Counted from the whole stretch's first letter, positions 13,357-26,359 are shown. The stretch: DNA of 63,661 nucleotides, filler included, from Reclinomonas americana ATCC 50394 (GCA_048213135.1; 5 parts of 2 records of this genome joined end to end with filler, not necessarily neighbours in it); one strand, 5' to 3'. The notes: a model not told the origin generated them from the sequence alone. Translations and numbers: made by a program.

Positions 13357-13915
13357 GCTTGCTCACACAGACAGAGAGTGAAAGTGCGTGTGCGTGTACT
13401 CGACAGAAAGCGATCGTGTGCTTGGCGTTTGCGCGCACGAGTGAGACAAAGAATGTTTGTTTCAGTCGGGTGTCGGAGTTTGTCCGAGAGCCGGGAACAC
13501 CGGCGCGGTTCTTTGTCTAAAGGCTGTGTGGTGTTGGTTGAGGAGGGCCTTGTGTGCGTGTGTGCGCAGACTGCTGGCTCCGGCGCGGTTGCAGGCGAGC
13601 GATCATCGTCGAATTTGCGCATGATATCGAAAGCATCGATCGCGATCGATGGCATCGGCGAGTCCGTGAAGCCGCTTGGCGCTTGTGTGTGTCTGTGGTG
13701 CACGCGATCGGTGCGGTGCGACACGTTGCTGGGTGTGGAAAACAAGCACCGTTTTTGGGTTGCGTGTGTGTTCGAAGTCGATGTCGATGTCGATGTCGAC
13801 TTCCGTGTGCTTTGCGTTGCAGCCAGCTTGGCCCAACTGCTGCCTTTGGTCACAGCTGGTGAACTGTGTGTGCACGTGTGTCCCCTGTCACGCATTCCAC
13901 ATTCTTTGATCAATC

Positions 13916-15458
13916 ATGGCCAGCAGTGGCGATCGTGACGAACGCACTCTCCTTGTGATTGACACGGATGCAGGTCTCTCTCTGCCTCCCTTCCGCCACT
14001 CTTCGCTCTCCCTCTGCTCACTCACACTCGCGCGTACACAGGAATTGATGACGCACAGGCGCTGATGATCGCCCTCGCCGCTGCGCAGACTCCCGCACTC
14101 AACACCGACGTCTACGCCATCACGTGTGTCACTGGCAATGTGCATGGTGCGTGAGCGAGAATACTGAGTGTGCGATCATGATGCTGCTCATTGCATTCCT
14201 CGCAGTCGATCTGGTGGTGCAGAATGTCGTCGATGTGATGTCGCAGTTCGGCCTCTCGGTCAGCGCTGATGGAGATGCGTCGACTCCCGCCAGCATGCGC
14301 GTCTTCAAAGGCTGCCAGCGAGCTCTTATCGAGAATGGTGATGGCGCCGGTGACTGGCACGGCAAGGTCTGTTGTCGCTTTTTCATCGTGTTCCGAGCGC
14401 TCAGCAAAGTGACTGGTCCGTCGGTGGCGAATAGGATGGTCTCGGCGACCGCGATCTGTCGGCGTTTCCGCGCACCGAGGGCGTTGTGTTCCCGCGTGAG
14501 CACGCAGCGGTGGCGCTCGTGCGCATGTTGAACGAGCGACCGCATGAACTGACGCTGGTGGCGCTCGGGCCGCTCACCAATCTCGCCATGGCGGCGCGCC
14601 TGGATCCGGCATGTCCGAGTCTCGCCAAGCGTGTGGTCATCATGGGCGGCACCATGAGCAATCGCGGCAACAAGGTGCGGGTGATCCTCTCACCCTTTCT
14701 CTCGCGCCATGCATATGACTGCTCTCATCATGCTTGCGTGACCGCACAGACCATGGCGGCCGAGTACAACTTTGCGCACGACCCGGAGGCGGCGCACATT
14801 GTGTTCGACGCGTTTCCGATGGTGGAGCTGGCGTCGTGGGAGCTCACGTGCGATCACGGGCTGCCGCGTGAGTTTGTCGTCGGCGAGTTGTTTACTGCCG
14901 GCTCGACGTCGGCGCGGGCGCGCTTCTTTGCCGCGTTCACCCAGCACCTGCTCGACGTGGGTGCCACGTCGGTGTACCAGTCGCTGCCGATGCTCATTCC
15001 CGACCCGCTGGCCATGATTGCGGCCATTTGCCCGACGTCGGTGATTGACTCGGAGAACAAGTATGCCGCAGTGGAGCTGGTGAGTGGCAATGGAGTGGAG
15101 GGTTGCATGTGCTGTGGGGATCTCACACCGGTGTCGCGCAGGGTGGCATGTTTTCACGTGGTGCCGTCGTCATCGATTGGGATGGTGAGCGGTGATGCGC
15201 ACAGAGTTCTCTTCCATCGACTCTCATGATTTGCTGTTGTGGGAACAGGCATGCACGCCAGTGCACCAAAGCGGCACCCCGACGGCGTGTACCACCCCGG
15301 CAATGTCGTATCCGTGCAGCCCAACGTTGCGACACGCTCACTCCGCTTTCTTCCACAGCTGCCTCTTCTCACACATCCCCCTGCAGGTGCGACTTATTCG
15401 ACGCATGGACATGGAGGTGATCAAGGACATGTTCCGCCTGGCCGTCGGCGCATCCTAA
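13916..15458 (+). CDS. Nucleoside hydrolase (IU-NH family)
   Basis: DTDAG|IDDA (DxDxxxDD) motif, TGNVH, LVALGPLTNLA, VIMGG, AEYNFAHDPEAAHIVF, ends DMFRLAVGAS*. Confidence 0.92.
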
Positions 15459-15509
15459 ATCTCACAAAAGTAAAAGAAAAAATGTGCTCGCATTCACTCC
15501 CCGCGTGCC

Positions 15510-17859
15510 TCACTCGGCATCCTCGCCTGCATGACGCAAGGGTAAGACGAATGCAGACGCACCAGTGCACACACAAGACACACGCACCACGCATGACGGC
15601 GTACGGATTGCCGACATCGCTGTCGAGCAGTTGCATGGTGTGCACCGTCTGGTCAATGGTGATTTGCCGGTGGTGGCCCCACGGATGATTGCAGTTGCAC
15701 ACCTGCACATCTCCAGTCAGCAAAAAAAAAACGCACCTCATTACCAACACAACAACTCACCCACGGGCTGTTGAATCCGTCGCAGGCGCATTCCCGCCGT
15801 GCGCACTTGAAGGGAACCTTGCCGGGGTCGTGTTCCGTGTGCTTGTGCTTGCAGCGGCAGCGCAAGATCCACGATCCCTCCGCTACAATGTAGAAGAACT
15901 TTTTGCAGGCACAGTTTCGCGTTCCGCAACGGCCGCCGAGCCTGCGTGAACAGCACGGTCAGCGCCAACCCACCACTTTTCACAAGTCCCCCACACAGCG
16001 GCGTACCCTCCATGCTCCCGCAGACGATGGCCACACAAGCAGCGGCACTCCTCGCGAATCGGAATGCACACACGGTCGCACGTGGAGCAATGCCACGCCA
16101 GCATCTGTTTCACCCTCGTGTGCATACGCACATCGACCTCGGCATCGACTGGAATGGCCAGCGCCGTACTCGCACCCGCAGCCCCGTGGCCATTTGCTGC
16201 GCCATGCGTGTGCACCTCCACCACCTCTGCCTCGGCGACCATGATTGCAGTTGCCGCCGGCGCTGCTGCCGCCGCGGAAGTGGGTGGCGGCCGCCGTGCT
16301 GTTTTTACGTGGTCGTGTGAGGGCAAGCACATGACAAGACAAAGATAATGCTCACTCACGCACCTCCTCCGCCTCCTCTGGAGGGAACGCGTGAAGCGGC
16401 AGTGGAGACAGCAGCAGATGCATTGGTCGACACGCCTCGACTGGCGGCCGCACTGCCTGCCGGTTGCCGCGCGGCAAGTGTCGATTTCAGCATGTCTACC
16501 GCGTCGGCTGGCGGCGGTTCAACGACGCCGGTCGCCACCGTTGTGGCAGTTACAGCAGTTGTTGTGGTGGTGGTGGTGGTCGCGGCCACCGGCGGTTGAG
16601 GGATTCGCGGTCTGGGAGCTGCGCACGATGTCAGCAACAGATACACGGGGAACGGCAAGGGGAGCAACAAGAACAACAACAACACACCTGGCTTTCTCGG
16701 CGCCGGCCCACTGGACTGCCGCGCCAACGCGGTGGTCTGCTCACTGACCACAGCCACGGTCTCCAGCAGGGCCGCCATTGAGGCGTGCTGGCGAGGCGAC
16801 ACCTCCGCGTCAACATTAACCGACGTGCTCATGCGCATCGCCGTGCGCTGCGCCCGCGGACTCAACAGTGCGCTCTCCGGTGCGAGAATGGCCGGCGGCG
16901 GTTCCGCATCAGCTGCCGCCTCCGCATCGCCGTCAATCTCCACGCCACTGATGAACGACGACGCCACCATCTGGTGCTGATAGTGGGGCGACCGATGGCG
17001 ACCACTCGTGCCACTGTCGGGGAGCGATGCCGCCGGCATCTGCCGCCTCCGCTGCGAGCGCGGACTGTTCACCGGGCTGGTGTCGTTGGCGACGACAGGC
17101 GGCGGCACGGCAGTGGCTCCCGGATCGTACGCCGGCAAACTCGGTTGCCGACTATGCTGCTGCTGCGCGTGCTGTTGCTGCTGTGCCTGCCACGTCCGCC
17201 GCGCCACACTTCGCGGACTCTTGATCAGCTCATGCACGGCTTCGCCGGGCGGCGACACGGGCGACGTGGCCTCATTGTCGGTGGCGACCGGCCGCCGCTG
17301 TGGCGGTTGTGGGATCACAGGTCGCGCCTGACTCGACCGCCGCACATGCACCGGCTGCTGCTGCCACTCACCCTCATGCGGTGGTGGTGGCACAGGCGGT
17401 GCGTGATGCTGTTGATGCACTGGCGGAGGCGACACATCCGGCGACGAACCCGCTCCACCCGTCACATCAGGTGGCGAGTGCGGCCCGCCCATGATCGTCG
17501 TCTGCCCGCCACGAAAGTCACTGCTGCTCGACACCTTGGCCGTGGGCTTGAACGTGGCAAACGGCAGCTTCCCACGCGACAAGTCCTTGACCACTGGCCG
17601 CCGCGGTGCCGCCGCCACCGCCTGTCGACTCGACGGTCGACTTCCTCCACCCACTGTCGCACTCACAGCAGAGGCAAGAGGAGCAGCCGCGATGACACCA
17701 GGCGGCTGTGATGATAAGACACAATCAGTGTGCGGAGAGACGATGATGCGATCATGTGAAACCGACCTGTGGAATGCTCCGTCGCATCGCCGCCGCACTT
17801 CGCGCACTAGGCAGCGGCTTAGGCGCACCTGCTACACCATCACCACCATCACCGTCCAT
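15510..17859 (-). CDS. FAM221-like protein (Cys/His-rich C-terminal domain, long disordered N-terminus)
   Basis: CRCLCGHRLREH...CACKKFFYIVAEGSWILRCRCKHKHTEHDP...CACDGFNSPW|VCNCNHPWGHH, recognised from memory as the FAM221 (DUF4475) pattern; first exon MDGDGG. Confidence 0.7.
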
Positions 17860-19079
17860 GATCACTGGACGCAAAAGAAAGAAAATGAGCGCGAAAAGCA
17901 ACGACCACCCAGCGCGATATCGAACACACCACCACAGCACGCAACAGCAGACACGCACGCAGTCTTCGTTACACAGAAAGGACGCTCACAACAACAGACA
18001 CAGTCGCGCGCGAGCTTTGTTTGTCACTTCACCACGCAATGACTGATCGCTTGAGCGATGCGGCTCGTGCGCTCTTGCGCAGTCGTCACCAGTCGATTGC
18101 GGTTGGTTCTGTGAGCAGTGGCAGTGGCAGTGTTGGTGGTACTGGTGTGCAGCGTGTGACGNNNNNNNNNNNNNNNNNNNNNNNNNNNNNNNNNNNNNNN
18201 NNNNNNNNNNNNNNNNNNNNNNNNNNNNNNNNNNNNNNNNNNNNNNNNNNNNNNNNNNNNNNNNNNNNNNNNNNNNNNNNNNNNNNNNNNNNNNNNNNNN
18301 NNNNNNNNNNNNNNNNNNNNNNNNNNNNNNNNNNNNNNNNNNNNNNNNNNNNNNNNNNNNNNNNNNNNNNNNNNNNNNNNNNNNNNNNNNNNNNNNNNNN
18401 NNNNNNNNNNNNNNNNNNNNNNNNNNNNNNNNNNNNNNNNNNNNNNNNNNNNNNNNNNNNNNNNNNNNNNNNNNNNNNNNNNNNNNNNNNNNNNNNNNNN
18501 NNNNNNNNNNNNNNNNNNNNNNNNNNNNNNNNNNNNNNNNNNNNNNNNNNNNNNNNNNNNNNNNNNNNNNNNNNNNNNNNNNNNNNNNNNNNNNNNNNNN
18601 NNNNNNNNNNNNNNNNNNNNNNNNNNNNNNNNNNNNNNNNNNNNNNNNNNNNNNNNNNNNNNNNNNNNNNNNNNNNNNNNNNNNNNNNNNNNNNNNNNNN
18701 NNNNNNNNNNNNNNNNNNNNNNNNNNNNNNNNNNNNNNNNNNNNNNNNNNNNNNNNNNNNNNNNNNNNNNNNNNNNNNNNNNNNNNNNNNNNNNNNNNNN
18801 NNNNNNNNNNNNNNNNNNNNNNNNNNNNNNNNNNNNNNNNNNNNNNNNNNNNNNNNNNNNNNNNNNNNNNNNNNNNNNNNNNNNNNNNNNNNNNNNNNNN
18901 NNNNNNNNNNNNNNNNNNNNNNNNNNNNNNNNNNNNNNNNNNNNNNNNNNNNNNNNNNNNNNNGGGGGAAGGGAAGGTTGATTGAGAGCTCTCACAGATT
19001 GGTTGCACGCGCACGCACACACACGCACACACACACACACGCACACACACACACACGCACACACACACAGAGAGAGGGC

Positions 19080-19480
19080 AGTGTGTGATCTTTGAGAGGT
19101 CTCACAGTGCATTGGAGATCGTGATCACTTTGTTTCGAGCTTTCTCATTGACTCTTTGAGTGAGTGTGGTCTGCAAGGTTCTCACAGTGTGACACCCTCA
19201 GTCGCACTCACACACTCTCAGTCACACCCTCAGTCACACCCTCAGTCGCACCCTCAGTTGGACTTCTGTGCTGAGAGAGGTCTCACTTTGCGAAGAAGAT
19301 CGTGATCACTTTGTTTTGAGACTCTAGAGAGTGGGAGAGGGCAGAGTGCAGGGTTCTCGCGTTGTGGTCTTTCTCTGTGGAGAGTCTCACTGCTGATGCT
19401 GATCGCGATCGCTTTGTGTCGAGCTTTCTTGTTGACTCTAGAGAGTGGGAGAGTGCAGAGTGTAGGGTTCTCGCAGCTTG
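19080..19480. repeat. Degenerate tandem repeat plus short caccctcagtc units
   Basis: gatcg(t/c)gatc(a/g)ctttgt recurs at about 19117, 19298 and 19401; gactctagagagtgggagag..cagagtg..gggttctcgc occurs twice; caccctcagtc units at about 19193-19259. Confidence 0.75.
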
Positions 19481-19756
19481 GTCTTGTCTGTGGAGAGGTG
19501 ATGTGATGGCTATTGCTGTCTGCGCCTTGTCACCTGCGAGCATGAGGGAAGGAGAGGGCTCACAAAGGTCACCGCTGCACTGAGCTGCAGTGTACGCGTA
19601 GAGCAAGAAGAGCTCCTTTTGCCGTGCGCTGAGTCAGCCAATCGTCTATTTTCATAGTGACGCCGCCCTCCCTCTCCCTTTCTCCCTCTGTCTCCCTTTC
19701 CTCCCTCCTTCTCCCTCCGCCTGTGAACTCATGGTCGTGTGTTCTGCCGCTCGCAG

Positions 19757-22700
19757 ATTGTTCTCCCCGCCGGTCGCCACTCGCACGACCACCACGATGA
19801 CACCACCGCCGACGAGATCATCGGCAACTTTCTCGATGGCTCCAACACGCGGGAGAAGGTGCTCCTGATTCTGGGCGAGATGGGCTCTGGCAAGACACAA
19901 CTGGTGGGTGGTTCACACAGACTCACCTTACGCTTCGTGCCCTTTCCTCACTCACCCTCCCAACAGCTGAAACGAGTCGAGGTCGACCTGTGCCCGGTGT
20001 GGGTGTGGGGCGTGTCGCCACTGCCTGTGTATGTGCGGCTGAGCACGGTGCCGCCAGAGGCGGTGTATGGCGGGAAACTGATGGAGTACGTGCTCGGGCG
20101 GGAGGGCTTTACGGCCAGCGAGGTTTGGCTGCCGTCGTGAGTTAGGGAGAGGGAGGAGGAGACACTTACGACCCGTAATGTGCAGTTTGCTCTCATGCGC
20201 GAGCAGACGCCGATTCTGCTGCTGCTGGACGAGTACGAGAGCGTGCACGCGCCGCCGCAGAACATCTATCGAGTCAATCACATGGAGGTTTGCACATCCG
20301 TGCCTGGCGTATCTATTGTCATCGAGCTCATTGTTATTTCCATTGCGTCACCGGTTAGCGCTGGCGCGCCAAGGTCATCATCACCTGCGACGAGGCGCAC
20401 GCGCATGCCAAGCTCGGTCTCAACTACGCCACCTACTTTAGTCCCGACGCCGACAGCATTGTGTGGATTGGCGAGGGCTCATCGCTGGCGCAGTGCGTCT
20501 TGTGGCCACTCGGCAAGCCGCACGTGGAGGCCCTTCTCAGTCTGTTGCGTGCTGCGGGAAGCGTTGAGAGGTCTTATTACTCCCCGCGCTCATCCATCCC
20601 TACCAGCTTTGTCGGAATGGGCACCACCGAATGGACGAGTGCCGTGCAGTTCAAAGACGCCACGCGTCAGATTCCCGGCAGTGAGCGACTCGTTCGCACG
20701 GTGTGTGTCATCTCACTCTCTTTTCCTCCTTCTCGCTCGTCACGCCTCTCACCACCGCCGCCCGCAGCCGTTGATGTTGATGATGCTCAGTCGGTTGCTG
20801 CCAACGTCGGATTTCACCGACGATGTGCTGCCGGGCGACATTCTCCGCGCCTATGTGTACTGGTGGATTGGCCAGGAGCGCTTCAATGTGGAGGTTTGTG
20901 TGATTTTCTTCCCCCGCACCCCACTAATGACTCACATTGCACTCGCCAGGTCGGCGAGAGCGCCACCCTCGCGTCCCTCATTCCCTCGTTTTGCAAGCAA
21001 CTCGCCGGCTCCATGCTGGAGTCCGACGCAGTCGTGGCCCACACGGTGCGTAGTTAATCAGGCAGTGCCGTGTGAGCGATGATTGCTCACGTGCAATGCA
21101 GGTCGTGTGCCGGGAGATCTTTTCCAACTTGGTGACGGCCTACGCCGACACGCTGCCGGAGCTCCTCTTTACGGCGTCGCTGTTGACGCAGTGCGGTCGC
21201 GAAGAGTACCGATTTATTCATCCCGCGTTCTTTGACTACTTTGCCGCCGAGGACACGGTGCAAGCGTACGTGTTGGGAGGCGATCGGTTGAACATGCACG
21301 CGGTGAATCGCTTCAACTTCCAGACGTCGCATGTTGCGTCTGCGAGGCACCTCGAAACTGGGAAGGGTGTGCGAAAAAAGACTCATTGCAGCCTGTCGCA
21401 GATGCAAGTGCTGCTGTTCATGTCGGAGACTGTTCTGCGGAGCAGCACGTTGGTGGATCGCTTGCTGGAGGTCATTCGATCGTCGCGCGCAGATGCTGGG
21501 TGGGCGCACGCCGCCTCCAATGCCATCACCGGTGAGAAACGCGTGTCATGCGTGCTTCTTTTGTTAAATTCGCGACTCATTTGTCATTCAGTGCTCAACT
21601 TGGGTGGCTTCAACTTTACCGGCGTCGACCTCACGGGCGTGCGCATTGCCGACGCTGATTTGTCGGGGGTTCATGATGCTCACCACGATACTACAATTTT
21701 GCACATCTGACACAAAGTGCTTGTACACGCACAGGCTTTCCTCGACGGCACGATTCTCGACGACGCCTTTATGTCTGGCTGCCGCCTGCGAGGTGATGTG
21801 TGGCTGTTGCCCTCGCCACATACACGAGTCGATCACTCACCATCGTGATCGTCCTTGGTTGATCGATACAGATGCGTGGCTGCGGAATGCATCGCTCAAC
21901 CGTGCAGATCTGGCCAATGTACAGCTCGGCCAGCTGCCACCCATTGTGGTACGCTTGCGTGCACGGTTGTGCTTGTTTTGCATGACACTCACCGTGTCGC
22001 GAAATCACACAGCATCGCAGTCGTGTCATGTGGTTCGACGTGTCCTCCGACGGCAAGATGCTTGCTGTTGCCGGCGATGATGGACTGACGGTTTGTCACG
22101 GCCATCGTACGTTACAGCTCATTGCTCACCCCGGCGCGCGTATTGCAGATTGTGTACAACATGGCCACCTTCAGCGTGGTGCAAGTCATTGGCGGCCACA
22201 CCGGTCCCGTGAACGCCTGCGCCATGTCGCCCGACGGCAAGCTGGTGGCCACGGCCGGCGAGGACTTGACTGTGCGCTTGGTGAGTGCGATATGCTTGGT
22301 GTGTGAGGGCCTCTTTAGCCAACTTCTTGCTGATGATTGGAGCTCTCGTGCAGTGGGAGATTGGATGGAGCAAGTGTCGTCGGTTGAATCGACGTAACAC
22401 ACAGCCCTCGCGCTCAGTGGTACGTCGGGTCGAGTGTCGGGCGTATGTGTGTGTGCTAATGTTCCTCTTGGTGTAGTCGTTTTCTGCCGACGGTCGTGTG
22501 TTTATCAGCTGCGGAGCCGACTGCGTGCGTGTCTGGAACGGCGTCACTGGCAAGAAGGTTGCGCAGCGTCTTTCATTCCGCGCACGGGAACATTCCTTCC
22601 TCCTGTTCTTCTCACTCTCGTCTGTCGTCGTCGGTTGCAGCTGAAGAACCTGGGTAAGAAGCTTCCCGGCCAGCCTGCATGTGTCGCCGTTTCGCCGGAC

Positions 22701-25243
22701 AGCCGCTACGCAGTGGCCTCGGGTGCGTATGTCACGAGCAGGAGTCACTCTTCTCTTTGATTCGCTGACTTCATCGTGTGTGGTAGATGGTGACTCGGAT
22801 CAAGTGCGAGTGTGGGAGCTGGAAAAGTACACAGCGCTGCTCACCTTCCCCGGCAACACGGTGGTGTCGAGCAAGTCATTCTTTAAGCTCGGCAACCGCA
22901 TGCTGATCGCCATTGGTCTCTACGAGAATGTGACGGTGGTCGAAGTTACCTCCGGTCGCGTCATCACCACGATGAGTGGGCACTCGGAGCGTGTCACCTG
23001 GTGCGGATGTTTGTGTCGATTTGCCGCGAGACAGCAAGAGATTTACGATGTGGTGATGATACGTGTGCAGTGTGGCATTCAGTCCCGACGGTACCATGCT
23101 GTTCTCGGGCGCGCAGGTGAGAGCTGCCACCGCTCCCGACATGGTCACGACAAGTTATCATGACAATCTTGTGCCTTGTGCAGGATGGCTCCTTGCGACT
23201 GTGGGACACACTGCGTGGCTCGTGTTTCTGGAGCGCCAATGGGCACACGCAGACGGTCACGTGCACCGCGTTTTTGCCGTTCCAACCAGTCGGCACCACG
23301 GGTCCCATCCTGGTGGTGCGTGCACTCGTTCCCTGCAATTCAATCCCCCCCTGCTGATCTTACTCACGGTTGCCGGTGCAGTCGTCGAGCCACGACGGCA
23401 GCGTGCGCTTCTGGGAGCCCACATTGCGTCGCAACATGGCGCGCTGTGGCAGTGAGAATGGACACGTTCCGACCAGCGACAGCGAAGTTAGTGATTTGCA
23501 GGTGCGTGACGGAGATTGGTCACCACAATGTGGTTTCTTCAGTGATCTCATCAGCTGTTGTTGTGGGTGCAGCTCGTCGGCGCCGACTTGGAGGCGCAGA
23601 TTGTGCTGTCGAGCTATGTCGATGGCATCTGTCATGTGTGGAACATGGCCACAGTTGCGTGGAGCGTCAAGCACCTCGCCTCTCTTGTTTCTCCCTTGGC
23701 TGACACGCGTGTGCAGGGTGATGGTGACGCGCACTGCTTGACACGTTCGTCTGCCAGCCTCACCTCCTGTTTTGTATGCGTAGGTCGCCACGTACATTCA
23801 GTGTCGACGGTGGTGGATGTCAGTGCCGTGGTGGTGCGGCCTGGCGACGGCATGGTAATTGCCGTGGCCTCGCTGCAAGAGCCTGATGTGGTTGGTGTTT
23901 GATCACGCCTTTCACTCGCTCACTAGTTCTCTCTGACCATCACGCACACAGTTGGTGTTTGATCTGATTACTGGCACGCTGATGAGCCGCATGCGCGGTC
24001 ACGACGTCAGCGTGTCGTGCCTGCGTGTGTCACCCACGGAACCCACACTGCTGGTATCTGGTTCATGGGATCGGTGTGTGTTTGTGCTCCTTCGCATGGT
24101 GATTCTTGCTTGCTTACTCGCCACGCAGATCGATTCGCATGTGGAACTTCCAGACGTGCCGCGCCATGCACTTGCCGGTGTTGACAGACAACACCGATGC
24201 CATCCAGTTGCGTTGTGTATCTCAGTCTATGCGTGTCGCGGGGGTGATTGGGCGGGCAACTTATGCATGGCACAGGTGTCTGGCCTTTTCACGCGACGGC
24301 CTGATGCTGGCGTCGGGCGCCGCCGACGGCAAAGTGTTCCTCTTTAACGTGCGTGCCTGCTGTCGTTCCTCTCACACCAGCCTCTCTCACATCCCACACC
24401 TCCATCAGCCCTCCAAGGCCCGCCTCATTCGTCAACTCTCCAGCGGCCATCACAAGCAAGTGAATGCCGTGGCCTTCTCACCCGACGGCACGACACTGGC
24501 CAGCGCAGCAAATGATCTCACCATCCGTCTGGTCGACGTGACGAGTGGCGAATTGCGCCACGTATTGTGCGGCCACGCGCACCCCGTCAAGGCCGTCTCG
24601 TGGTCGCCCGATGGTTTGTCACACAATTCGTGCCTAGTCTATACACTCTCTCACTTGTCGTCGATGCGCTTTGCTTTTGGCAGGTCACATGATCGCGAGC
24701 GGCTCCACTGCCGGCACAGTTCGCTTGTGGCGGTACCTGGAGAGTCCCTTCTCGGTGCGCCGCATCGATGTGCAAAAGGGCAGCATCGGCTGCCTCCAGT
24801 TCACGCAGCAGAAGCCACTGTTGCTGTCGGGCGCCAGCGACGGCTCCATTGTATGCTTCGATTGCACGAAAGTGGACGGATCGGAGCTGCCCGAGGAAGA
24901 CGGCGACGAGGACGGGCGCATGGGCCGACGAGTTCCCGTGCGCTGGCGCGTGTCGGGCCAGCCCGGCCTGAACGCCACCGGCCTCCTGCTGCAGGGCGCC
25001 ACCGGTCTCAGTGCCCTCCAGCGTCGCCTCCTCTCGCCCGCCACCGGACCCGCAGTATTCGCCGGCGAGAAGGATGCAGGTTTCCGTCGATATTGCAACA
25101 ACTGCATGCATATTTCCACTCACTTCTCAAAAAATGCAGGTGAGGAGGAGGACGATGTGGCGGATGCCGAGGGCGGCGAGTGGCTAGTAGTCACCGGCGA
25201 AGCTGACTTGGCCGCCGGCTCTTCTTCTTCACGGAGAAAGTAA
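19757..25243 (+). CDS. NACHT NTPase + pentapeptide repeats + WD40 (STAND/NLR-like) protein; 5' end uncertain (candidate first exon 18039-18101, upstream gap)
   Basis: Walker A GEMGSGKT, LPVYVRL, Walker B ILLLLDEYES, KVIITC, RT|PLML, FIHPAFFDYFAA, AASNAITVLN..FTGVDLTGVRIADADLSG pentapeptides, then many WD40 repeats; about 29 GT-AG introns splice in frame. Confidence 0.88.
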
Positions 25244-26074
25244 ACACAGTCGATGGCAGTTTGCGCTCACGTAACGGTCGATTTTGCCACTATTTGGGAG
25301 TGACGCGCATCAGAGACAAAGCTCACTCACAGGCAGGCCGACTGAGAGATAGAGTGTGAGTGTGTGAGAGAGANNNNNNNNNNNNNNNNNNNNNNNNNNN
25401 NNNNNNNNNNNNNNNNNNNNNNNNNNNNNNNNNNNNNNNNNNNNNNNNNNNNNNNNNNNNNNNNNNNNNNNNNNNNNNNNNNNNNNNNNNNNNNNNNNNN
25501 NNNNNNNNNNNNNNNNNNNNNNNNNNNNNNNNNNNNNNNNNNNNNNNNNNNNNNNNNNNNNNNNNNNNNNNNNNNNNNNNNNNNNNNNNNNNNNNNNNNN
25601 NNNNNNNNNNNNNNNNNNNNNNNNNNNNNNNNNNNNNNNNNNNNNNNNNNNNNNNNNNNNNNNNNNNNNNNNNNNNNNNNNNNNNNNNNNNNNNTCTCTC
25701 TCTCTCTTCTCTCACCGATATGCCGACTCTGGTCTCTTGCCAAAGTCTGTGGGCCCCACACCTCCGCCCATGGAGAGCAGCTGACGAGGCGCATCGCGAG
25801 GAGTGAACGGACGCGAGGGTTCTTGCAGTGACGCGCGCGCCTGAGTGTCACACACACGTGAGTTCACTTCCCTCTCTCTCTCTCACTTACACACACCAGA
25901 GAGAGAGACAGACACACGCACCTCTGCTCTCACAGCCACTGCTGTGCCGCCTCGATGCAGTGCGCCCAGAAGAGGATCAATGTGACCACCGCCACTGCCT
26001 CCACGTTGTCTCTGTGACATGCTCTCTCTCNNNNNNNNNNNNNNNNNNNNNNNNNNNNNNNNNNNNNNNNNNNN

Positions 26075-26086
26075 TTAATTAATTAA
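26075..26086. other. Artificial contig linker (six-frame stop) within Ns
   Basis: TTAATTAATTAA flanked by N runs; identical copies at 42288, 54615 and 59335. Confidence 0.95.
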
Positions 26087-26279
26087 NNNNNNNNNNNNNN
26101 NNNNNNNNNNNNNNNNNNNNNNNNNNNNNNGTGAGAGAGAAAGAGAGGGAGAGAGAAGAGAGAGAAGTTGACTCTCTCGCTCTCCTCTGCACGCACGCAC
26201 GCACACACACCTGCTCACTCACAACCCTTGATGATCAGTCCTCCCACAAGAAGAGAGAGTGACGAAGAGGAAGCCTGCT

Positions 26280-26313
<34 letters not shown>

Positions 26314-26359
26314 TCTCTCCCTCCTCTCCTGCTCACTCACATCTCCCCTTGATGCTCAG

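Noticed and set aside
19080-19480. CRISPR-like array
   Set aside because: Repeats are degenerate and irregular, there are no unique fixed-length spacers or cas genes, and the context is eukaryotic.
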